Part shown: positions 14,560 to 24,520 of the stretch, piece after piece | Layout of the letters: each line of letters opens with the position of its first letter | Position numbering within the stretch: the first letter of the stretch is position 1 | NCBI RefSeq assembly: GCF_026210795.1 | Contig: NC_089429.1 | Coordinates: 186,001-250,000 of the forward strand | Source of the DNA: Rhizophagus irregularis | Lineage: Eukaryota | DNA: 64,000 nucleotides | Reading direction: 5' to 3' | The notes under the pieces: model-generated | Told to the model about the DNA's origin: nothing | Seen by the model: the letters and a program-made list of their open reading frames with translations, nothing else | Databases searched by the model: none | Made by a program: the position numbers and the translations under genes

Positions 14560-14707
14560 TGGTATTATAATTCACTTTTTATATTGATTTTATATAATAA
14601 AAGTAAATTGCGATATTGGAATTCACTTTTTTATATCGATTTTATATATAAAAAGTGAATTGCGGTATCGGAATTCACTTTTTTATATCATTTTTATATA
14701 TAAAAAG
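14560..14707. repeat. ~52-bp palindromic tandem repeat, resumes at 21669-21790
   Basis: Unit GAATTCACTTTTTTATAT...ATATAAAAAGTGAATTGCGGTATC; the array is split by the MITE+hAT insertion. Confidence 0.7.
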
Positions 14708-14939
14708 AGGACCCCGGATATCTAATATAAAGGTCATAATGGACTTTTGGCCAAAAACACCCCTTTTTGCTGAAACTCAAAAAATCGTTTTTTGTAAATA
14801 TCTCAGCATCCAGTAATTCAATTTTAATGAACTTTTTTTTATTTTGTAGCCCTCATTTAGCTCTACAATTTAAAAAAAAGTTCATCAAAATTGGACCACT
14901 GGATGTAAGGATGGCGCCGAAATTGCTTCTCCAAATCTG

Positions 14940-15237
14940 CAGTATTGCGGATTTAAGAATTGAATTGCGCATATGAGTCCGCATATCCGCAATGAATCCG
15001 CATATCCGCAATGAATTCGCAAGTCCGCAATGAATCCGCAAATCAATACTGTATCGCAAATCCGCAATGAATCTGCAAGTCCGTAATGAATCCGCAAATC
15101 AATACTGTATCACAAATCCGCAATGAATCCGCAAGTCCGTAATGAATCCGCAAATCAATACTGTATCGCAAATCCGCAATGAATCCACAAGTTCGCAATG
15201 AATCCACAAATCAATACTGTATCGCAAATCCGCAATG
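14940..15237. repeat. Left subterminal ATCCGCAA repeat array of the hAT
   Basis: Many ATCCGCAA/TCCGCAATG copies, mirrored by TTGCGGAT/ATCCGCAA at 21425-21540; typical hAT transposase-binding subterminal repeats. Confidence 0.85.
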
Positions 15238-15475
15238 TTAAATAAAATAATATCAAGTAAAAAACCATCAATTCAAAATAAAGAATTCGTCATCCCGACA
15301 TATTAAAAATTGTTGAAATTAGAAGTGTTATTTTTATAATTTTTTTTTTGTCAAAGTTATTATACTGAATTAAACATACTATTTATTCATCACAATCAAC
15401 TTCGTCTGATGATGATATCATGCTATACCAAGACTTCTTTGATTCAATTTTATACACTTTTTACTCGTAATATTT

Positions 15476-15780
15476 CTGGACAATTTTGTCCACTTTTTTT
15501 CTATCATTTTTGGACATCCATCGCTTCTGGACAATTTTGTCCACTTTTTTTTCTATCATTTTTGGACATCCATCGCTTCTGGACAATTTTGTCCACTTTT
15601 TTTTCTATCATTTTTGGACATCAATCGCTTCTGGACAATTTTGTCCACTTTTTTTCTATCATTTTTGGACATTCATCGCTTCTGGACAATTTTGTCCACT
15701 TTTTTTTCTTGTATCATTTCTAATCACCTTATTCCTCGTATTGTTTCTGGACAATTTTGTTCAATTTTTCTCTTTGTCCA
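15476..15780. repeat. Array 1 of palindromic CTGGACAATTTTGTCCAC motif (52-bp period, five full copies)
   Basis: Directly visible tandem repeat ending about 160 bp upstream of the transposase ATG. Confidence 0.9.
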
Positions 15781-15937
15781 GTTAAATTTACAAATTTTCA
15801 CATTATTGAAATTTAAACTTCACAATTTACAATTAGGCGTGATCTTAATCAATCAACATCTTGTACTACTAAATCAAACTTTAAAACGATATTGATGACA
15901 AACTCTTTTAATTTCAAGTTTTGCTCTTTATAACGTC

Positions 15938-18298
15938 ATGTCAAGCGGTCCTTCTAAGGTAAGCAAAGGTCGACCACCATCAGATGTATGGTGTAATCAT
16001 ATGATACAAGGTAACATGCAGTCGAGAGGACACTATTCAGTGACGTGTAATTACTGTCGATAATACTGGAGACAAGGAAGGCCCCAAGTCCTCAGTGCAC
16101 ATTTGGCAAACCACTGTAAAAAATGCCCCGATGATGTTTCATTGTATTTTGCCAAAATTGTCGGGAAAAATCTTGCTAAAGAAAAGGAAAAAAGCGCAGA
16201 TGAAGATGAATCAGATTATCCTAACAAAAGGGTTCGATAAACGGGAATTAAGAATTTTTACGGAGGAGGTAAAATAGAAAAAGGACGGAGTGATGAATTA
16301 GACCGGGTGATAACGAAAGCCTACGTGATGTGCAACATACCCTTTAGCACAATCGATAATCCTTGGTTTATCGACATGATAAAGGCGCTGGAGCCAGGAT
16401 ACGATTCACCTTCGTGACGAGTACTAAACGGTACTTTATTGGAGGTGGAATTATCCAGAGTCAATGCACGAGTCAACAATGAATTAGAAAAAAAGTCTAA
16501 TTTTACTATCGGTAAATCTATAATTTCTATAATTGCTTCAAAATATTTTATTAAAAAAATAACTATCCATATATTTTTTATTAGCTCTTGATGGTTGGAC
16601 AGACCCTTGAGGGAATAGCTTATGGGCGTTTATTTTGCTGACACCATCGAGAAAGGAATATCTATTACAACTTGAAGACCTTTCTAAAAATTCACATACC
16701 GCTGAATATTTATCAAAAGTTATAAATGATATAATTTGTAAAGTGGGTATAAGCAAAATTGTCGCTATTGTCAGTGACAATGCTGCCAATGTCGCAGGTG
16801 CCCGTCGAATAATCACGAATGAATATCCATCCATTATCAATATACGATGCATCGCCCATTGCATCAATCTGATAAGTAGTGATATTGTCAAAGTAGATCA
16901 AGTTAAATGTCTTGTAAAACGAGCAAATATTTTAACAAGATACTTCAAAAATTCAACCCTTGCCAGCACTTGGCTTAAAGAAGCGATTGATGCAAAAAAT
17001 ATTGCAGGTGGAGGGCTGAAAACGTACATCGAAACAAGATGGATGACAGTCCATGAATGTACATCTTCGGTGTACAGATTAAAAGATGCTTTATTACATG
17101 TACGTATACTTTATATTTAAATTAATAATAATTAAACCTAATACAAAAATGTTTATTCAATTAGGTCCTGGACAATCATGAACGCGAAATCTCTAATGAA
17201 GCTGTAAAAGCAATTTTGAAAAAAAGAAAAAAAGGGTTTTTGATGACATTCGTATTTTATCAGATATTTTGGAGCCGATAAAAAAAGCAATTCTCATGTT
17301 AGAAGGAAGTAATGTAACTTTAGCAGATTGTTATCTGCATCTTCTTCGTATCGCAGCATTTTTTAAGTCAATGCCAACTGATGATTATAAAGAGTTAAGA
17401 AACTCTTGTATTAGCATTTTTAATAAGCGGTAATGTATTAGGTTAGTATCTTTAATAGAAGATTCAAAATTAATGTTTAATTTTAAATATTTTTTTAATA
17501 GATATAAAGAGTTTGACGAGGATATCTATTTATTAGGTTTCTTCCTTCATCCTAAATACCGAGGTAATTATTTTTTTTATTGTTATTTAAATTCATTTAA
17601 TAATATAAATTTGCAAATTTGTTAGGACATGGAATGCGTGATAATCAATTTGAGCGTCTTAGAAAGTGTGCCCTTCGAATCTGGAAAAACCTTGGGCATA
17701 AAAAAAATTCTGGATTAGAACTTGATGCACAACTTCGTGCATACTTTGATAATTCTGAACCATATAACACGTCTTATTCAGTTCATGACACAGCTTACCA
17801 TTGGTGGAATTCCATAGTTGATGGGAAATTTTCTTCTCTTTCGCGGCTAGCTAAAGTAATATTTTCAATAACTCACACTCGGCAAGTTGTGAAAGATTAT
17901 TTTCAGCCATGGGATGGCTTTTTGGTAAGAGACGTATAAATTTGCAACCAGAAACTATAGAGACAATGGCGAAAATATATCTTTATTCTCTCAAACATGC
18001 TAAAAAAGACTTAAATTATACAAGTAACGGTGATAGCAGTTCAAAGTTAGATGATGATATTCAACTCATGCTGAATACAGTATTTGAAGAAGAAGAAGAA
18101 ATTATGAGTGAGAATGATGATGATAGTTTTAATGAACATCAATCTGATGAAACAAATATGAATGATGAAACATTAGATATTGAAAGCACGGTAGATCTAG
18201 GACCATGGGTCTTTATTGATAATTCTATACTTCCAACTATTACTCGAAGATATGATAGTGATGGTGAAGAGGAATGGGATCCGGAACAATTAAACTAA
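15938..18298 (+). pseudogene. hAT transposase (BED zinc finger, RNase H-like DDE core, C-terminal dimerization domain); spliced, with premature stops
   Basis: GRPPSDVW...CNYC...HLANHC (BED); ALDGWTD, VSDNAANV, RCIAHCINLI, ETRW, FLHPKY, WWNSI..LSRLAKVIFS..SASCERLFS. In-frame stops near 16060, 16238, 16415 and 16608; frameshifts near 17230 and 17875. Confidence 0.92.
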
Positions 18299-18399
18299 TT
18301 CTTTTTTTTACTTTTATTTTGCCTATATAATATTCATATTTGTACTTATTGTGAACATTTAATATCTAATAAATTTGATAGTATTTTATAATGCATATC

Positions 18400-18545
18400 A
18401 ACAATTTTGTCCTCCCTTTTTATTTTGGACAAAATTGACCACTTTTGTATTCAGAAAACTTTATTATTTATTTTGGACAAAATTGTCCACTTTTGTATTC
18501 AGAAAACTTTATTTTTTATTTTGGACAAAATTGTCCACTTTATAA
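18400..18545. repeat. Array 2 of TGGACAAAATTGTCCA motif (about 47-bp period, three copies)
   Basis: Lies between the converging 3' ends of the two genes inside the hAT. Confidence 0.85.
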
Positions 18546-18768
18546 TCAGAAAACTTTACTTTTTTTTGCTTTAGAAACTTTGGACAGAAGCTTCCCCGTG
18601 CAATTTGAAAATATGTAAATGTTACGTTTAATTATCTATACATTTAATTATCTATCTAACGCGTATAACTTATGCCAATATAAAATACATGCTTCTTTGT
18701 TGATAATGATATTACCCACTAACCAACATATTCAATGTATTCACTATTTTTTTTATTTATCCGCTATA

Positions 18769-21242
18769 TTAATGAATTCCTCCCCATAAATTCAACTCTT
18801 CTCTTTTTTTTTGTGCAGTACTATCTGGATTAGCAGTAGACAAGATTTCAGAAAGACGTTCGTTCGACAAACTTGAAATTGATCGACGAGTTTCTAATGT
18901 AGGAACTTGGGACAAAAATACTTCATAATATTCTTGTTTAACGAAAAAATCGCACTTACGGCACCCAGCTTTCGCAAGTTGCGTACTCGTGATTCCTTCA
19001 TTAAATAACCTTCGTAATCGATCACATCCTACCTATTCCTTTGTTCCATTTTGTCGCCAATTTTAAGCACAGACCGCATGAACTGAATAACCCAAGATTT
19101 TGTAGTTTTTATATTATTATTAGGGTCAGTTCTTAATTTTTCTCCAAGTTTAAATAAATCATCATAAATTTGGACCAAGGACACCAAATGTAATAAATTA
19201 AAAGACTCAGCGGCTATAACAAAATTTTCACATTGTAATTCTTGCCTTCGCCATTGATCGATTCGATCTTTAGCAGATTTCTCATCAACGATTTTGACTG
19301 AGTCATCTTTCAGCATTTCATTTAAGTCATTGGATATATCTGATACTTTTAATTCTTCAGAAGCAATGAGTTCGCCATTAAACGATGAATCTGCTAACAA
19401 AATATCGTGAAGTTTCTTTCCCTTTTTGAATAATAACAATTGGGTAGAATTTAATAATTTGGCTTTATCATCGTCGTCATCATTATCATCTGAGAAATTA
19501 CGTTTTCGTACAATGGATTTTGATAACGACACAGATGTTGATGCTTCTAATTCTTCTGATTCCTCCATTTCTGAAGCTAGTGCTTGTGATTCTGCTGATT
19601 CTGCTGATTCCTCCACTGCCATTTCTGAAGGTACTTGTGATTCTGCCACACTTGATTCCGCTGATTTCGCCAATGTCATTTCTGGAGGTACCTTCGCCGA
19701 TGACTTCATTTCTGAAGTTGGTACCCGTGGTTCTATAGATACTATCACTTCTCTAGTTGGCACTTGTGTTGCTAATTTTACTTTAGATGTTATTGATCTT
19801 GTTGGTGGTTTCATCGATGTTTCAACTTCCGTGGTTGATGCTCGTGCTGATGCTGGAACTACTTTGTATTGTGAAGGTGGGTTAAATTCATTAATTTCAC
19901 TGTTGCCAGATTCATCCCTAGTAGAACTTGAATTTGCAGCTTCAGTAGGTTGAAAATTGTTATCCTCATCATCATTAGCAGTACCTAGAAAATTTAGATA
20001 TAAATATTATAAGAAAAATATAATAATCAAGAACAATTTCAGAATTTGATAAATTTAACTTACAGAAGCTACTAATTTTTGCGATCCATTCATCAATGTC
20101 ATCATAATAATTCTTCATTGTGTTCCAGCTGCGGTACGCAGGTAAGGTTGTACTGGCCCACATTATGTCAGAAATAGAAACATCATTTTTTATGTGATCT
20201 TGTCCGCCAAATTTTTCGATACAGCGTATATTCAAATTCGACCAAATTTTTGTTTCAGTGTCAAAAGTAGAAAGATTATTTATGGATAAATCACTGTTTA
20301 ACACACGGGCAAGTTCTGAATCGTTGGGTTTAAGATATAATGACGAGCTGGAAGAGGATTCTAGGCACGTGTGTTCGGGTGTTGAATATTGTAACAATTC
20401 TCTTAATGATTCATTCACGCTACCAGTTGTACCAGATGTAGTTGAACGTGTATTTTCTGGCTATTATTAGAAAATATATAAATAAACAAATAAAATATAA
20501 ACAAAATTAAGATATAAATATTAAAATTCATTCACATATTTACCTGTAAACGAATTACTTCGTATCTACCTTTATATAATTCATATAGCGATTTGTAGCG
20601 TTCAAGTTCAGCCAAATTACCCTAAAAAGTAATGAATTTTGTTCAGAAATGAAATCATTTGTTCTAAAATGAAATGGTTCTGATACCAAGAGAAAAAAGT
20701 GGTCCAGAAACGAAAAGTGGACAAAATTGTCCAGAAACGGAAATTCAAGGGAAAAAAGTGGAACAAAAAAAAATGGACAAAATTGTCCAGAAACGAGAAA
20801 AAGGTAGAACAGAAAAAAGTGGACAAAATTGTCCAGAAACGAGAAAAAGGTAGAACAAAAAAAAAGTGGACAAAATTGTCCAGAAACGAGACAAAAAAAG
20901 TGGACAAAATTGTCCAGAAACGAAAATTCAAGGGAAAAAGGTGGACTGAAAAAAAAATTATAAGCGAAATCAAAATCATTTAAAAAGGGCCTTATGGAAT
21001 ACCTTATTGATGAATGTAAAATCTAAAGCCGATTCTTGCAAGTCAAAATAAACGCGTCTCTCATTCTTTTTGAAAGATAATCTTACTTTATCTTGGTCAA
21101 AATTACATGATTCAATTTTTTTATTAGACTTAGTCCAAATAATTGACAGTGCTAACGAAATTAATTCTTCGTCTTCAGGCAATAGCTCAACTTTTTTTCC
21201 ACGAATCTTTAAATTAAGAGCCGAAGAAGGTGTTTTTGACAT
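18769..21242 (-). CDS. hAT-borne accessory gene of unknown function, 4 exons, about 640 aa (one apparent 1-nt frameshift near 19030)
   Basis: Exons 21242-21003 (MSKTPSS...FINK), 20621-20544 (GNLAELERY...IRLQ), 20460-20064 (PENTRS...ISSF) and 19984-18769 join in phase through GT-AG introns. After MEQRNR a 1-nt shift continues GCDRLRRLFNEGIT...AGCRKCDFF. No domain recognised; the exon 1-2 junction is the least certain. Confidence 0.7.
20699..20946. repeat. Array 3 of GTGGACAAAATTGTCCAGAAACG motif (five full copies), in predicted intron 1 of the accessory gene
   Basis: Reverse-complement orientation relative to array 1. Confidence 0.9.
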
Positions 21243-22149
21243 TTTAATAATAAATTGTTGAAAAAAGTAAATAGAAAAAGAAGAATTTAGATACAATTGT
21301 TTTGATGTTTTGATGCATTATAAATTGATTATATTATAATAGAGTGAGTAATAATACTAAATTTGATGATTCGATATAAATATATAGATTGAGTAATGAT
21401 CGTGATACAGTATTTAATTGGCTAATTTGCGGATTTTTTACGGATTTGCGGATAATTGCGGTTTGCGGATTTGCGGATATTTGGACTTCTGAAATCCGCA
21501 AATCCACAATATTGCGGATCCGCAATTAATCCACAATTGCCCAATTACGGCACCATCCTTAACTGGATGCCGAGATATTTACAAAAAACGATTTTTTGAG
21601 CCCCTGAAAAATGGGCCAATCTGCCGAAAGTGTGACTTATGACCTGTTTTGGAGATATCCGGGGTCCTATAAAAAGTGAATTGCGGTATCAGAATTCACT
21701 TTTTATATTGATTTTATATTTAAAAAGTTAGTTGCGGTATTGCAATTCACCTTTTTATACAATTTTAATATAAAAAACTGAATCGCAATATTTTAAAAAA
21801 AATGTTTTGCACCATTTTTTTTGATATTTTTATATGTAATTATTATTATAAAATGCATATAAAATATATAACAAAAATAAAAAAAATTTTAGGGTAAGAA
21901 ATATCAAATTTCACCTGAGATGAGAAATAAATTCACTCTTAATATAATATATTATATATTACTAGTATTCACCTGTTAACTACGTTAACAGTTAGGGGTA
22001 GTCTGTATAACAATTCCGTATATTTATAGTAATACGCACTTTTCAATTTTATTACTTAAAAATTAAAAAAAAAAATTATTTTTTATTTATTCTTTGAGTT
22101 TTGCTAAAGGTGACTTCAAACTATTTTTGTTATGCTCTTTTATTTTTTG

Positions 22150-22545
22150 TCTAAGAACATAAAGATCAATAAAAACGCGAAAATCAAGGATAAGGTTAAA
22201 AAGGAATCACATCCCAAAGATAAAGAACACAAAGATCAATAAAAAACGCGAAAATCAAGGATAAGATCAAAGGGGAATCACATCCCAAAGATAAAGAACA
22301 CAAAGATCAATAAAATCACGAATATCAAGGATAAGATCAAAGGGGAATCACATCCCAAAGATAAAAAGCACAAAGATCAATAAAAAACGTGAAAATCAAA
22401 AATAAGATCAAAGGGTAACCACATCCCAAAGATAAAGAACACAAAGATCAATAAAAAATGCGAAAATCAAGGATAAGATCAAAGGTAATCACATCCCAAA
22501 GATAAAGAGCACAAAGATCAATAAAAATGCAAAAATCAAAGATCA
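22150..22545. repeat. ~70-bp tandem repeat (five to six copies)
   Basis: Unit AAGATCAATAAAAAACGCGAAAATCAAGGATAAGATCAAAGGGGAATCACATCCCAAAGATAAAGAACACA. Confidence 0.9.
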
Positions 22546-22549
22546 GATC

Positions 22550-23130
22550 AGAAATGTTAGTAGTGTTCTCAAATCAAAAAAAAAACCAAAAAAGAAACAA
22601 AAAAACAAATGCAAATACTCACTTCAAAGCCAAAATCTGGAATCCAAGTCTGTCCCTAAAGAAAAAGAAAGAAAAGAAAAGGAACATTAGTAGTGTTCCA
22701 ATCAAAAAAGAAAAAGAAACAACAAACAACACAAATACTCACTCCAAAACCGAAATCTTGAGTCCAGTAATATCCGAGTACATTCCTAAAGAAAAGAAAG
22801 GAAAAGGAACGTTAGTAGCGTTCCTAAATCAAAAAAAATACCAAAAAAGAAACAAAAAAACAAATGCAAATACTCACTTCAAAGCCAAAATCTGGAGTCC
22901 AAGTCCGTCCTTAAAGAAAAAGAAAGAAAAGAAAAGGAACATTAGTAGTGTTCCAAATCAAAAAAGAAAAAGAAACAACAAACACAAATACTCACTCCAA
23001 AACCGAAATCTTGAGTCCAGTAATATCCGAGTTCATTCCTAAAGAAAAAGAAAGGAAAAGGAACGTTAGTAGCGTTCCTAAATCAAAAAAAAAAGAAATA
23101 AAAAATAACGCGAATACTTACTTCAAAGCC
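22550..23130 (-). repeat. Tandem micro-exon/intron units
   Basis: On the minus strand: repeated CTAAC/CTAAT branch, poly-Y, TTTAG, 32-43-nt exon, GTGAGT; a ~250-bp two-exon unit is duplicated. Confidence 0.65.
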
Positions 23131-23149
23131 ATTTTATTTTTTTTTCTTT

Positions 23150-24520
23150 TTATCAGTCAGGACCCCTTTTTTTGTAGGGCGTTGGATCCTTTTTCTTTTT
23201 TTGATAGGTCGGTACTTTCTTGCAGGACGACGCTACGGGATTCTTTTTTTTTTGTAGGTCAGTTCGGTATTCTCTTTCTTGTAGGATGATGCCCCGGGAT
23301 TCTCTTCTTCTTTTTCTTTTTTTGTAGATCAGTTCGTAGGTTCAGTTCGGTGCTTTTTTCGCTCTGAGATTCTTTCTTTTTTTTGTAGGTCGTTCATATC
23401 CTTGTTATCATCACCAAGTACTTCAGTTTCGAATAATCAAATGAATTTGGATATTTTGGATGATCAAGGAAATTCTCAACCTCAATCCCAACCATCACAA
23501 GAAACCGAGGTTGAAATAAACGTCAAAGCTTATGGGTCTTCGAGAGTTGCATGTTCGATGTTCATCGTCTATACCTTTCGTTTCGGACTAACGACGATGT
23601 CGTGCAATAACTGGGTCAGTAAAAAATTCATAACCTAAAATTTCGCTGATCTTGGGTCAGGAAAAAAATACGTACCATAGCTATAGAGTTCTTTTCTTTT
23701 TTGTAGGTCAGTTCGGTATTCTCTTTCTTGTAGGACGACGCTTCGGGATTCTTCTTGTAGGACGACGCTTCAGGATTCTCTTTCTTGTAGGACGACGCTT
23801 CGGGATTCTCTTTCTTGTAGGACGACGCTTTCAGGATTCTTTTTCTTTTTTTATAGGTCAGTATTCGGTATTCTTCTATCGGGTTCGTATTTTCTCTTTC
23901 TTTCAATTTCCCTTTCGTTAGAAGTTTCTAACCTCTCTCTTTTTTTTCTTTAGGTCAGTCCTTTTTTCAGCATCGGAATCCGGGTAGGTAGAGCACTTTT
24001 TCTTTCGCTTTCCTTTAGTTAGAGGTTGCTAACTCCTTCGTTTTTTTTTCTTTAGGTCAGTCCTCTTTTCAGCATCGGAATCCGGGTAGGTAGAGCCCTC
24101 TTTCTTTCATTTTCCCTTTAGTTAGAGGTTGCTAACCTTTTCTTTTTTTTTTCTTTAGGTCAGTCCTCTTTTTGGTCAGTCCTCTTTTTAACGCGAGATT
24201 CCAGGTAAGTCTTTCTTTGTTTTCGCTTGTTCCGCTTTATTTTGTTTCATTTCGTTTTTCATTCGTTATAACCTCTACCCTCTCCATTTAGGTCCCGGTT
24301 CTTTCGGCTCTTCGACCCTAAGGCCTAAGGTGCGTTTTTTGTTTCGTTTTGTTTGTGTTGTTTGTTTTGTTTCGCTTTTCGCTCGTTCTTACCTTTACTC
24401 TCTCCATTTTAGGTCTGGCTCTTCGGCTCTAAGGTGTGACTTGTTTTCGTTTTTTGTTTGTTTTGTTTTGTTTTTCGTTCGTTTTAACCTCTACTCTCTT
24501 TCCATTTAGGTATGCGCGGT
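23150..24520 (+). repeat. Tandem micro-exon/intron units
   Basis: Example: TAG|30-nt exon 23954-23983|GTAGGT...GCTAAC...TTTAG|30-nt exon 24056-24085|GTAGGT (72-nt intron). Confidence 0.7.

Larger units (their letters stand above)
14906..21561 (+). mobile_element. Full-length hAT DNA transposon (6656 bp) carrying two genes
   Basis: TIRs TAAGGATGGCGCCGAAATTG / CAATTACGGCACCATCCTTA (18/20); perfect 8-bp TSD ACTGGATG (14898-14905 / 21562-21569); ATCCGCAA subterminal repeats at both ends; internal hAT transposase. Confidence 0.95.
14708..21668. mobile_element. AGGACCC MITE (~296 bp) split by the hAT insertion
   Basis: 14708-14905 plus 21562-21668 rejoin to a near-identical copy of the intact MITEs at 52915-53210 and 53596-53888; 8-bp TSD ATAAAAAG (14700-14707 / 21669-21676). 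Confidence 0.95.

Noticed and set aside
14767..15097. Short ORFs across the hAT left end (and 21334-21525)
   Set aside because: They run through MITE sequence and subterminal repeats.
15409..15895. Overlapping ORFs 15409-15895 and 20617-20983
   Set aside because: Artefacts of stop-free tandem TGGACAAAATTGTCCA repeats.
19426..19953. 175-aa plus-strand ORF (also 19520-19738, 20258-20470)
   Set aside because: Antisense shadow of the low-complexity exon of the accessory gene.
22527..23921. Lys-rich and Phe-rich ORFs in the Helitron
   Set aside because: Translations of A/T-tract repeats; not credible proteins.
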